From the NCBI GenBank assembly GCA_017396465.1, contig JAFQLU010000131.1, forward strand, positions 7,065 through 71,064: 64,000 nucleotides of DNA, in the 5' to 3' direction. The notes under the pieces were generated by a model. The model was not told where the DNA came from and made no database searches. It was given only the letters and a program-made list of their open reading frames with translations. The stretch's first letter is position 1. Each line of letters begins with the position of its first letter. The translations under genes were made by a program, and so were the position numbers. Shown in pieces: positions 19,839-29,590 of the stretch. The stretch is from Clostridia bacterium. GTDB lineage: Bacteria > Bacillota > Clostridia > UBA1381 > UBA9506.

Positions 19839-22313
19839 ATGATGACAAAAAAGAAATGTACGGCGCTTATTGCAGCGTTCTGTATGCTATTGGGAATGTT
19901 GCTTGTGCAGATAGCAACGCAGGAGGTATCTGCCGCAGGCTTTATTCAGCTGGAAAATGATGACTTTTCCAATATCGCAAACGGCACACAACTGACCGCA
20001 GGCGGCACAGCAAACCCTGGAAACTGGAAACTGCTTTACTATAGCGGAGCATCAGCTGTGAATGATCCTATCGTGTATTATGATGGCGGAATCAAATATA
20101 CCAAGTCCGCCAAGGGCGGTAATCTGATTCTGTATAAGGATATGTCGGAGACTGCGGTAACCACAGGAACCGTGGTATATTCCTTTGATGCAAAATTTAA
20201 AAACCCTGTCGGTTCCGACCAGATTTACTGGGAAGATTATTTTTTGCGGTTGGGTGCAAATATTCCCACGCCGGGAGACAGAACCAATAACCTGGGGCTT
20301 TGTTATTCCGGTATGATGGCAAAAGCCGGTATGGTTATTATGCCCAAAGGCGGAGCGGCAAATCAGGCGGTTATGCAGAACCTTTTAGGAACGGAGAATA
20401 AAAACCATCATTTTGAATATACCATTGATTATGATGCAGGTACCTATTCTGTGAAAGTGGATGATACCTTTATTGCATCCTCGGGAAAAACGGTTTTCCC
20501 CATACCGGACGATTTTCTTGCAAACGGGGGTGCAAAATATTTCATGATATCTATGCGATTGCAAAGTGTTTCCACCATTGCAGATTTTGAGCTGGAGCTT
20601 AAAAATTTTACTGTGACAACAGGCGGGACCATGTGGCCGAAACAGGATGCACTTACTGTGTCGGATATAACGGCAAGCAGCGCAAAGCTTACATGGCATC
20701 CGTTGGCGACAGACGGCGTGACAGGATATGAAATTTATCAGGGCGACACACTTGCAGCAACTGTAACCGATACCTCTTATGAGTTAACCGGTTTATCTGC
20801 AGGCACCAATTACACTATTTCCGTAAAACCGCTGTTTTCCGATAGCCGTGCGTATGACAGTGCGCCGGAGATTTCCTTTGTAACAGGTGGCTTTGCTGCA
20901 AGAGAAGGGAATCTGTTGCAGGTTTCGGCAGGCAGAACGCATCTTTTAGGCATCAATCAAAATGAAAGAACACACGGCTTTGGAGATAACAGCTTCGGTC
21001 AGCTTGCCGCTTTTCCCGGACAGACAAAAGCTGTGGCGGCAGGGTATGACAGCTCTTATGCCGTAGATGAAAACGGTAAGCTCTATGCCTGGGGCAATAA
21101 CTACTCCGGACAATTGGGAATTGGTAGTGAAGCGCTTATGGTGGAAAATCCCACGGTGGTTTCAAAGCTTGAAAACGTCCTTTCTGTTGCGGCAGGTGCA
21201 GAGCATGCGTTGGCGCTGACTGCAGACGGAAATGTTTATGCCTGGGGTGATAACAGATACGGTCAGCTGGGGTGTGGAAGTGCAGAAAATATGATTTCTG
21301 AACCGGTGCAGATTCCGGCGTTGTCCGGAAAAGGCGCAGTAAGCATTTGTGCAGGAAAATATACCTCCTATGCCGTATGTGCAAACGGTGACCTATATGC
21401 CTGGGGTATGAACTATGCAGGTCAGCTGGGCAACGGTGACGATGCGCTGGATAACCAAAGTGTACCCGTTCTTATTTCTGTATTAGGACAAAAGGTTCTT
21501 TCTGTTTCTGCGGGGGGCGGTCATGCCGTAGCGATTTGCTATAGCGATGCAAACGGAAACGGAACATATGATGAAGGCGAAGAAAAAAGTGTCTGGGGCT
21601 GGGGTAGTGACTCCAGAGCACAGCTTGGAACCGGTGCTCTCAGCACATGGTACAATGCACCTGTGCGCCTGACCTTCTTCGACGATATCGAAGTCGTTTC
21701 CTTAGCGGCAGGCGAAGGACATACACTGGCGCTAACCGCAGATGGCACCGTTTACGCATGGGGCTGGAACGAAAACGGACAGCTTGGTCTGGGACATACC
21801 AATTTCGGCTTAACACCAACTGTTGTAGCAAATCTTCCCGGTATCCGCAGTATTGCGGCAGGATACACATATTCTCTGGCGGTTGGAACAGACGGAAGCC
21901 TCTGGGGTTGGGGTGATAACGCAAGCGGACAGATTGACGATAGCGGTGCAGAAAGCATCATGACACCTGCAAAAATCAAATTACCGCTGGGCGATATTCT
22001 GTTCGGAACAACCATGATCGGTACATCGGAAACCGTGCCGGAGACCGGTGGAAGCTATGCTTATGCAGTATCTGTATATCATAACGGAAAACAGACCTTT
22101 GACGGAAAAATTTTAACCTGTGTATACCGGGAGAATGGCGAAAAACGCGAACTTCTCGGCGTATATCCCACAGAACTTGCCTTAGAGCCGGAACAGGAAG
22201 AAACCGTTTCGGGAACTGTTACACTTCCGCAAAACACAGAGAATGTACTGATTCAGATTTTTGCATGGGATGCAAACTTTGCTCCTTATGCGGAAAACTG
22301 CATTATTCGATAG
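19839..22313 (+). CDS. Secreted protein with lectin-like N-terminal domain, FN3 domain and RCC1/BLIP-II beta-propeller repeats
   Basis: Signal peptide; FN3 (SAKLTW..GYEIY..LTGLSAGTNY); about seven repeats of AAG..H.LAL...G.VYAWG.N..GQLG. Confidence 0.85.
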   Translation: MMTKKKCTALIAAFCMLLGMLLVQIATQEVSAAGFIQLENDDFSNIANGTQLTAGGTANPGNWKLLYYSGASAVNDPIVYYDGGIKYTKSAKGGNLILYKDMSETAVTTGTVVYSFDAKFKNPVGSDQIYWEDYFLRLGANIPTPGDRTNNLGLCYSGMMAKAGMVIMPKGGAANQAVMQNLLGTENKNHHFEYTIDYDAGTYSVKVDDTFIASSGKTVFPIPDDFLANGGAKYFMISMRLQSVSTIADFELELKNFTVTTGGTMWPKQDALTVSDITASSAKLTWHPLATDGVTGYEIYQGDTLAATVTDTSYELTGLSAGTNYTISVKPLFSDSRAYDSAPEISFVTGGFAAREGNLLQVSAGRTHLLGINQNERTHGFGDNSFGQLAAFPGQTKAVAAGYDSSYAVDENGKLYAWGNNYSGQLGIGSEALMVENPTVVSKLENVLSVAAGAEHALALTADGNVYAWGDNRYGQLGCGSAENMISEPVQIPALSGKGAVSICAGKYTSYAVCANGDLYAWGMNYAGQLGNGDDALDNQSVPVLISVLGQKVLSVSAGGGHAVAICYSDANGNGTYDEGEEKSVWGWGSDSRAQLGTGALSTWYNAPVRLTFFDDIEVVSLAAGEGHTLALTADGTVYAWGWNENGQLGLGHTNFGLTPTVVANLPGIRSIAAGYTYSLAVGTDGSLWGWGDNASGQIDDSGAESIMTPAKIKLPLGDILFGTTMIGTSETVPETGGSYAYAVSVYHNGKQTFDGKILTCVYRENGEKRELLGVYPTELALEPEQEETVSGTVTLPQNTENVLIQIFAWDANFAPYAENCIIR

Positions 22314-22325
22314 GAGGGACGCAAC

Positions 22326-24410
22326 ATGAAGAAAGCAGTTAGTATCATGTTAATCGGCGCAATGCTTCTGGGCAGCATTCCTGCGCTTGCGGCAGAAAAA
22401 ATCAACGAAACATACCCGGAAAAAATCATTATTGTCAATGAAGACTGCTCGGATTTTGCAGAATCCCGCTCGGCAGAAGGCGTCACCATGGCAAACCTCA
22501 CAAACTGGGCAGACCAATACGCCGAGACAAATGTGGGAGCAATCTTTTTAAACACCAATGCACAGAGAGTGAATTACGGCAGTAATGTAACGGAAAATTT
22601 CTGGGAAGGCGTAGATCAGACAGGCTCTTACTGGACAGGAAACCGCAAGGCGTATTACGATTTTTATGAAACGGGAAAAGATATGAACACCGTTCGGATT
22701 GACTTGTTAAGAGAGCGAAATATTTCTCCCTGGATATCCATTCGCATGAACGATATCCATAATGCGTCGGAAGCGGATAATCCTTTTAATTCCACTTTCC
22801 GATTAAAACACAATTATCAGATTGGCTCTAAATCTGTCACCACGGGACCGCATCTGTGCTTTGACTATTCCTTAGAAGCAGTTCGGGATTATTACTTTGC
22901 GTTAATACAGGAAAATGTGGAGCGTTATGATGCAGACGGTCTTGAATTAGACTGGATGAGAGAATCCTATCCCATAAAGGATGATGCATTAAGAGAAGAA
23001 ACCCGTCTTGCAATCAATCAGCTGGTACGTGATGTGAGAAAACTGTTGGATTTATGGGAAATTCGCCGTGGACACGAAATCAAGCTGGCTGTTCGCGTAC
23101 CTGCACAGATTCATGTAGCGGAAAACTATGGCTTGGACGCCGAAACATGGAGCCGTGAAAAGCTGGTGGATATGGTTACCGTAACAGCCCGTTGGGCATC
23201 TTCCGACACCAATATGGATTTAGAGGGCTGGCAGAAATTATTGAAAGAAACTGCTGGAAACCCTGATATTTTAGTGGGTGCAGGACAGGAAGTGCTGTAC
23301 CGCGCAAATCCCAACTACGCCGCACAGCACCAGAGTGCGGATACGGCAAGAGGTACGGCATATTCTTACCTCAGCCGAGGCTCGGACTTTATGTATCTGT
23401 TTAACCATATGGACAGACGAACCACCATCTCCTATGCAAGCACAGACTACATTCCTATGCTGAAACAGTTAAACAGCCTGGAGAATATGGACGGACATCT
23501 GCGCCGCCATGCCGTGACCTTCCGCGACCGTTTTGCACATGATGAAACGGCGATTTATGAACTTCCGGCAGTAATCAACGGCGAAACGGCGAAGGAATTT
23601 AACATTCATATTGGCGACCTTAATGAAAATAACGACACGGAATGCTTTGTGATTTTAGGTGTGAATCAAACCTACGCAAATGGCGCAGGCGCAGTTGACA
23701 GCGCAGAAGATGTGACTGTAACAGTAAACGGTGCGGCTTGCAGCTATGTCGGAAAAGTAACCGGAATGCGTATGCCTTATCCCGTAGGAGCAGACGGAAC
23801 CGTATATGATTTAATCAAATATGAGATTCCGGCAAGTGCCGTAAAGGACAATTGGAATCAGGTAGAAGTGATAAGCGCAGACGGCACAGAACGGGAACTC
23901 ACTTGGGCAGAAATCATGGTGGATTCCGTAGCTCCCGGTACAAGAAACCTGGCGTTTGGTAAAAATGTTTCAGCCTCATCCTACTATGGAAATCTTGCAA
24001 ACTACGCGCCCGGCAAAGCCAACGACGGAATCGTGGATAATTTAGGCTGGATTCCTGCCGATACGGAAACAACCCCCTCCTGGTGGAAGATTGACCTGAA
24101 TAAATCCTACGAAATCGGCAAAATTGAAATTGTGGCACGTCAGGAAGAGAGTCAGAACTGGGTGGGATATCGTTCCAACTTCAAGGTGGAAGGCTCCTCT
24201 ACTTCGGATTTTGCAGAAGGAACTGTGTATGAATTTGCAAAAACCGAGGCAATGGAACAAACAGTAGTGCCTGCCTGCGGCACATGGGAAATCTCTGTAC
24301 CGGAAAGCATCACCGAGCCAATGCAATATATCCGTGTGATTGAGCTGGATAATGACCAGACCGCGGCAACCATGCCATTTTTAACAGAAGTACGGATTTA
24401 TTCCAGATAA
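22326..24410 (+). CDS. Secreted GHL10-like TIM-barrel glycoside hydrolase with C-terminal F5/8 (CBM32/discoidin) domain
   Basis: Signal peptide; SIRMND, DGLELDWMR; NLAFGKNVSASS..ANDG..WWKIDL. Confidence 0.75.
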   Translation: MKKAVSIMLIGAMLLGSIPALAAEKINETYPEKIIIVNEDCSDFAESRSAEGVTMANLTNWADQYAETNVGAIFLNTNAQRVNYGSNVTENFWEGVDQTGSYWTGNRKAYYDFYETGKDMNTVRIDLLRERNISPWISIRMNDIHNASEADNPFNSTFRLKHNYQIGSKSVTTGPHLCFDYSLEAVRDYYFALIQENVERYDADGLELDWMRESYPIKDDALREETRLAINQLVRDVRKLLDLWEIRRGHEIKLAVRVPAQIHVAENYGLDAETWSREKLVDMVTVTARWASSDTNMDLEGWQKLLKETAGNPDILVGAGQEVLYRANPNYAAQHQSADTARGTAYSYLSRGSDFMYLFNHMDRRTTISYASTDYIPMLKQLNSLENMDGHLRRHAVTFRDRFAHDETAIYELPAVINGETAKEFNIHIGDLNENNDTECFVILGVNQTYANGAGAVDSAEDVTVTVNGAACSYVGKVTGMRMPYPVGADGTVYDLIKYEIPASAVKDNWNQVEVISADGTERELTWAEIMVDSVAPGTRNLAFGKNVSASSYYGNLANYAPGKANDGIVDNLGWIPADTETTPSWWKIDLNKSYEIGKIEIVARQEESQNWVGYRSNFKVEGSSTSDFAEGTVYEFAKTEAMEQTVVPACGTWEISVPESITEPMQYIRVIELDNDQTAATMPFLTEVRIYSR

Positions 24411-24418
24411 AGAAATCA

Positions 24419-24451
24419 AAAAAGAGTCTGCATAAATTGCAGACTCTTTTT
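24419..24451. terminator. Bidirectional terminator
   Basis: aaaaagagtctgca-taaat-tgcagactcttttt. Confidence 0.85.
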
Positions 24452-24636
24452 CAGCTGAACAAATCTTTTATGAGGCGAGAGAGGCTGAAACGCTCCGCAT
24501 TGGTTTTTACGCGGATGACGCAAGGCTTCCATTCTCCACAGCCTTCGCATAAATCTTCACTCATAATCACATCATCTTCGGTTAAACTTTTGTCGCCGTC
24601 GATTTTCTTGAAACATTCCAAACAAAATTCTGCCAT
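24451..24636 (-). CDS. Small Cys-rich hypothetical protein (61 aa)
   Basis: GGAGGTG RBS; MAEFCLEC...LCEGCGEWKPCV. Confidence 0.7.
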   Translation of the reverse strand: MAEFCLECFKKIDGDKSLTEDDVIMSEDLCEGCGEWKPCVIRVKTNAERFSLSRLIKDLFS

Positions 24637-24729
24637 AATTTCACCTCCCAACCCTACTTTATCCTACTTTAAGCGAAATGTCAATACATTTTCGCATTTT
24701 GTAGTATAATATTTTTAGAGGTGAGGAGC

Positions 24730-24906
24730 GTGCGTCCACTGAAAAATAAGATAAGCATTACAATTGACGGAGATATTTTAGAAAAAATCAGACAGTATGC
24801 GGAGGAAAACGACCGCTCTGTTTCTCAGTACATCAATATAGTTCTGAAAAAGCATATTGCAAAAAAAGAAAGCGTTGCGCAAGCAAAAGAAAATGACGCA
24901 AAATGA
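24730..24906 (+). CDS. Ribbon-helix-helix (CopG-like) DNA-binding protein
   Basis: KISITIDGDILEKIRQYAEENDRSVSQYINIVL; GAGGTG RBS. Confidence 0.8.
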   Translation: MRPLKNKISITIDGDILEKIRQYAEENDRSVSQYINIVLKKHIAKKESVAQAKENDAK

Positions 24907-24932
24907 GTTTATAGAATCGACTATAAAAAGCT

Positions 24933-24990
24933 AAAAAGGGCATTGTTTCAATCGTGAAAGTTTACGGATTGAGACATGCCCTTTATTTTT
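24933..24990. terminator. Bidirectional terminator
   Basis: aaagggcattgtttcaatc...gattgagacatgcccttt with A and T runs. Confidence 0.6.
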
Positions 24991-24993
24991 ATG

Positions 24994-25824
24994 TCATCCT
25001 TTGCGATACCGTGACGGAGCCGTTCCCGTCTGTTTTTTAAAGCAGGCGGAGAAGTGGGCGGCGTCGCAGAAGCCGGTCCGGTGGGCGATTTCCTCTAAAG
25101 GGAGATTGGTGTTTAAAAGAAATTTTGTGGCGGTCTGGATGCGGTGCCGTATCACATTTTTGTGCAGGGAATGTCCTGTGTAGTTTTTTATTAAGCGGTT
25201 CAAATAGCAGGGATCTAATCGCATCATTTCTCCTAACCGTTCGTTGGACAAATCCTCTGCAGTGTGCGCATCGATATAAGAAAGCACCGTGTCGCAGATA
25301 TCCGATTTTTTGCGGTCGCTCTGGGAAAAACGCACAATCTCCAGCAAAATATTTTTCAGCATGGCACCGGATTTTTCGTGGAAAAACAGCTTGCCGGAAC
25401 GAAATTCTTCCACAAGCTCCGTAAGCATTTGTCGCAGAGGAAAGGCGTGCTCCAAAACGAGGGGCGTGTCAAACAGCCCATAATCGGAAAAGGAAATGTG
25501 CGGGTGCATTTGTGTTTTATCGAAATCCTCCACCGGGATGGGATACTGCGGATGGCGGATGTGAGAAAATTCCTGCGTAAAATCAAAATCCAGCGCAATG
25601 CAATGAAAAATGGGCTCGGGCGTGAAGGCATATTCCGTACCCGGTTGGTAAAAAACCAGCATATCGGGCGCAAGGCGGTATGTTTTTCCATTGATGGTAT
25701 AGGTTCCCGTGCCGTCTAAAATATACTGTAGTCGGCAGTCATATGTAATAGAAGGAAAACGGGGAACCGATTGGTTATGCACCGAGGCATAGCGGATAAA
25801 AGGAGAAATTTCCGTGATACGCAT
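24994..25824 (-). CDS. AraC family transcriptional regulator
   Basis: Cupin N-terminus; LEEIAHRTGFCDAAHFSACFKKQTGTAPSRYR. Confidence 0.92.
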   Translation of the reverse strand: MRITEISPFIRYASVHNQSVPRFPSITYDCRLQYILDGTGTYTINGKTYRLAPDMLVFYQPGTEYAFTPEPIFHCIALDFDFTQEFSHIRHPQYPIPVEDFDKTQMHPHISFSDYGLFDTPLVLEHAFPLRQMLTELVEEFRSGKLFFHEKSGAMLKNILLEIVRFSQSDRKKSDICDTVLSYIDAHTAEDLSNERLGEMMRLDPCYLNRLIKNYTGHSLHKNVIRHRIQTATKFLLNTNLPLEEIAHRTGFCDAAHFSACFKKQTGTAPSRYRKG

Positions 25825-25946
25825 AAAAACCTCCGAAAAGTCTGTTTTTTAAAAGTATCTGTCTGTTTTATATATGGATTATACCATAGAAAACAGATAT
25901 AATCAAGATATCAAAAGTCTGAATTTTAAAAACAGGAGGAACAATT

Positions 25947-27158
25947 ATGCAGAAAAAATTAACGGTAGCGGTGATTGGTTGCGGCGGGTTTGCGGCAAGC
26001 TTTGTACCGCTGTTTCAGAAACATCCTTATGTGGAAAAGGTGTATGTGTGCGATATTGTCCGTGAACGCGCGGAAAGTTATCAGGAAAAATTCGGCGCGG
26101 AAATCGTGGAAAGCTTTGAGGCGGCTTTGAAAAATAAAGAAATCAACGCAGTGGCAATTTTCACCGAGCGTCATACCCACGGCCCCTTGGTGGTGCAGGC
26201 TCTGCGCGCCGGAAAGCATGTGTATTCTGCCGTTCCCATGGCAAGTGAAATCACCCATTGCAAAGAAATCATTGAGGCGGTAAAAGAAACGGGATTGACC
26301 TACATGATGGGCGAAACCTGCATTTATTATCCCAGCTCTATGTACTGCAAGGAGCAGTATGAAGCAGGCGAGTTTGGCAATTTTGTGTACGGCGAAGCGC
26401 AGTATCACCATGATATCACCCATTTTCCAGAGGTATTTAAAAATGATAAATCTTCTGCCGGTGTCCCTCCTTTTTATTATCCTACCCACTCCACGGCGAT
26501 GATTCTGCATGCGTTAAATACGCACGTTACCAAAGTTGCGGCGTTTGGATATGTGGATCAAGAAAACGACGGGTTCTTCGGAAAAGGCAACAATATGTGG
26601 GATAACCCGTACTCGAACTCCTATTCTTTGATGATGCTGGCAAACGGCGGTACGGCACGGATTAACGAATGCAGAAGAATCGCATTCAAAGCACCCAGCT
26701 CCCATGTTTCCGCATTTTACGGCACAAAGGGTTCCTATCAGTTCCAGGGCGCACAGCATGCAAAATACACGCTGACGAAAACGGGCGTTACTCACGAAGA
26801 TGTCAGCGATTATGTGAATCCCGAGGCGTTTGAAGAAATGAAAAAAGAGCCGGATTTCAAAAATCAGGTGGCAAACCATGTGGGACAATGGAACAGTTTT
26901 GCACCCATTCAGGCAAAGGAGCGTGCCCGTCTTCCCAAGGAATATGATGGTCTACCCAATGGTCACATGGCATCTCATCAGTTTCTGATTGACGATTTCT
27001 GTAAAGCGGCGTACCACGGCACACTTCCCACCGTGCACGCATGGCTGGCGGCAAGATACACCATACCCGGTCTTGTGGCACATGAGGCGGTGAAAGCCGG
27101 TGGCGCAGTTTTGGATGTTCCCGATTTTGGCGAGCCTCCCGAAAAATTCAGAAAATAA
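25947..27158 (+). CDS. Gfo/Idh/MocA family oxidoreductase
   Basis: VAVIGCGG Rossmann motif, ALRAGKHVYSAVP, YPTHS; AGGAGG RBS. Confidence 0.9.
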   Translation: MQKKLTVAVIGCGGFAASFVPLFQKHPYVEKVYVCDIVRERAESYQEKFGAEIVESFEAALKNKEINAVAIFTERHTHGPLVVQALRAGKHVYSAVPMASEITHCKEIIEAVKETGLTYMMGETCIYYPSSMYCKEQYEAGEFGNFVYGEAQYHHDITHFPEVFKNDKSSAGVPPFYYPTHSTAMILHALNTHVTKVAAFGYVDQENDGFFGKGNNMWDNPYSNSYSLMMLANGGTARINECRRIAFKAPSSHVSAFYGTKGSYQFQGAQHAKYTLTKTGVTHEDVSDYVNPEAFEEMKKEPDFKNQVANHVGQWNSFAPIQAKERARLPKEYDGLPNGHMASHQFLIDDFCKAAYHGTLPTVHAWLAARYTIPGLVAHEAVKAGGAVLDVPDFGEPPEKFRK

Positions 27159-27162
27159 TCGC

Positions 27163-27204
27163 AAAAGGCAATTCCCGTCAGGGGATTGCCTTTTAAATTT
27201 TTTT
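27163..27204 (+). terminator. Rho-independent terminator
   Basis: aaaaggcaattccc-gtca-ggggattgcctttt. Confidence 0.75.
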
Positions 27205-27280
27205 GTGTACAATAAAAATGCATAAAAAAGCAAAAGCTTGTGCATGGTAAGAGAAATCACAATAAAGGAGTTTTTAAAAT

Positions 27281-27814
27281 ATGTCTAATATCTGGCACGA
27301 TATTTCACCCAAACGCATTCATGCAGAGGATTTTATCTGCGTGGTGGAAATTTCAAAAGGCAGCAAAAAAAAATATGAACTGGATAAAGAATCGGGTTAT
27401 CTGATGCTGGACAGAATTCTGCACACATCCACCCATTATCCGGCAAACTACGGATTTATCCCCCGTACCTACGGTGACGATAACGATCCTTTGGATGTAC
27501 TTCTTCTTTGCTCGGAACAGATTGAGCCTATGACGTTGGTGCGCGCATATCCCATCGGCGTGATTTCCATGATTGATAATGGGCGCAACGACGAAAAAAT
27601 CATTGCCATTCCCTTCAGCGATCCTAACTACAATATGTATAAGGATATCAGCGAGCTTCCCGCGCACGTGTTCAACGAAATGAGCCATTTCTTCACGGTG
27701 TATAAAAACCTGGAGAACAAGGAAACGGCGGTAAATGAAGTGAGCGGCAGAGAAACCTCTGTTACCATTATCAATAAGGCAATAGACGATTATATTGAAA
27801 AGTTCTGCAAATAA
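27281..27814 (+). CDS. ppa: Family I inorganic pyrophosphatase
   Basis: [37 protein letters not shown]. Confidence 0.95.
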   Translation: MSNIWHDISPKRIHAEDFICVVEISKGSKKKYELDKESGYLMLDRILHTSTHYPANYGFIPRTYGDDNDPLDVLLLCSEQIEPMTLVRAYPIGVISMIDNGRNDEKIIAIPFSDPNYNMYKDISELPAHVFNEMSHFFTVYKNLENKETAVNEVSGRETSVTIINKAIDDYIEKFCK

Positions 27815-27822
27815 GCATAAAA

Positions 27823-28127
27823 AAACGCCTGCAACGCAGGCGTTTCAGCGTGTCGACGGTGTGCCCTGGGGGTAGAAACCTCGACACGCTGAGTAGACTT
27901 TGAAAAAGGTGGGTATATTTGGCGAGCACAAATTCGTCGGCGTACGATGGTACGGTAGAGTTTGTGGTCGCCCAAAGCAAGCAACTGCGCAGTTTCCTCG
28001 ACGGAAACCGCGCAGTTCATCGTTAGGAACATGATATTTACTTTTGCTCAAATTTATATTTAGAACATTTTGCTTGCGCTAGACCTGCCTTTTTCGACAG
28101 TCTGAAACGCCTGCAACGCAGGCGTTT
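27823..28127. mobile_element. 259-bp non-autonomous MITE-like element (27846-28104) flanked by a 23-bp direct repeat of the target terminator
   Basis: aaacgcctgcaacgcaggcgttt at 27823-27845 and 28105-28127; imperfect terminal inverted repeats cagcgtgtcga / tcgacagtctg; internal hairpins; no transposase. Confidence 0.75.
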
Positions 28128-28130
28128 TTC

Positions 28131-29402
28131 TTATTTAATCTTTCGTGCTTCCGTGTAGAACCGTTTGTCGCAGGCGTCGCCCATAGAAAAGGTTTTTCTT
28201 GGGAGTGCACCGTCTAAAATAACGGATTTATATAAATCGGATTTGTCCATGGCATCTAAAATGATACCAAAGTTTTTGCTGTCCTTGCATAGGTTTTTTA
28301 CCACATCTTCGCCGTGAATATAGTCGATTTCGCCGCCGTTTGCGGAAACGAAAGCATCCAGCGCCTTCTGCACCGTTGCAACGGTGAGATACTCGGTGGG
28401 GTTGGTGATTGTAACCTTTTGCTCTTTGCCATCGTGGATAAAGATAAAGGTCTGTCCTTTTGCGTTTTCATCGTAGCTTACGGTGTATTCCTGTTCGAGT
28501 GCCTTTAAGAATGCGGCGCCGTCGCTATCGAAAATCACTCTGTGAATTGCTTCAAATACCAAAGAGGTATCGTGCAGGTTCACCAGCTCGCAAAGTGCGT
28601 ATCTGGCAGAGCTGTTTTTCGCATGATCTTCGCCGATTTCCTTTTTCAGGTTTTCGTAATAGGTTTTCGCCGTGGCAAGAGAATGATTTCCGTCGCCCAT
28701 AGCATAAACCAAAGGTGCAGATTCCGAAACACCGTATTTCTGATTAAAAGCATCTAAATCGGAAAGTGCGGCAAGCTTTTTATCCAAAGCTTTAGCGGCG
28801 TCTTCCGAAAGCTTATAGCCTGTGATGTGTCCCGATTCCTGCATCAGGTCAAAATCATATACCTTTTGGAAAGTATCGGTAAGCTTTGCATTAGACTCAA
28901 TGATGTCACATGTCTCATCGTCAATAAGAAGCATAATATGAGGAAGCTCAATGGGAGCATCTTTTCTGACCTTCAGTCTGGGCGGAATTCTGGAAACCAC
29001 GGTTCCTTCCGTTGCTCTGATTTTGGTTTTGGAGCCTGCGGTGTAATCGTATTCCTCCAAATCCACCATGCCCACAATGCCCAATCTTTTTACGCCGTTT
29101 TTCAGCGTTCTTTCCACATAGATATAGGTATTTTTATGCTCGCAGAACACGCCTTCTTCCATGTATGCTTTCATGGAAGCATTGGTGTTTTCAATTCTGC
29201 CTTCAATGTCTTCATCGTTTAAGTAAATTTCGGGAACGGTTAAGTAAAGCGTGGATTTTTCGCCTTTTGTGATTTCGGAAACAGCGTTCCAGTATTCCGG
29301 CTCGGAGGTATATTGGTCGCAGGCGACAACGCTCCACTTGCTCATTTTATGTTCGTCTTCTGCAAATTTCGGCAGCAAGATATCTGCACGCATAAATGCC
29401 AT
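28131..29402 (-). CDS. DUF1015 family protein
   Basis: WSVVACDQYTSEP, IRATEGTV..RIPPR, AMGDGNHSLATAK, LPRKTFSMG. Confidence 0.88.
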   Translation of the reverse strand: MAFMRADILLPKFAEDEHKMSKWSVVACDQYTSEPEYWNAVSEITKGEKSTLYLTVPEIYLNDEDIEGRIENTNASMKAYMEEGVFCEHKNTYIYVERTLKNGVKRLGIVGMVDLEEYDYTAGSKTKIRATEGTVVSRIPPRLKVRKDAPIELPHIMLLIDDETCDIIESNAKLTDTFQKVYDFDLMQESGHITGYKLSEDAAKALDKKLAALSDLDAFNQKYGVSESAPLVYAMGDGNHSLATAKTYYENLKKEIGEDHAKNSSARYALCELVNLHDTSLVFEAIHRVIFDSDGAAFLKALEQEYTVSYDENAKGQTFIFIHDGKEQKVTITNPTEYLTVATVQKALDAFVSANGGEIDYIHGEDVVKNLCKDSKNFGIILDAMDKSDLYKSVILDGALPRKTFSMGDACDKRFYTEARKIK

Positions 29403-29590
29403 GATTCATCGATCCTTTCAACCTCAAATATTCATTTATTTTACCACGGAACACAAAAAAAGTCAACAAGTTTTCCGGAAATAAAGTGAAATATATAGGT
29501 TGCAAAAAACGGTGAAATTTGATAAAATAACTGTGCACAGATTTTTTGTTTGGAGAGACACGAAATGAAACAAAAGGAGCACGGTCGGCT

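Noticed and set aside
27771-28051. Three short minus-strand ORFs
   Set aside because: They lie within the MITE-like insert and the terminator, and show no transposase motifs.
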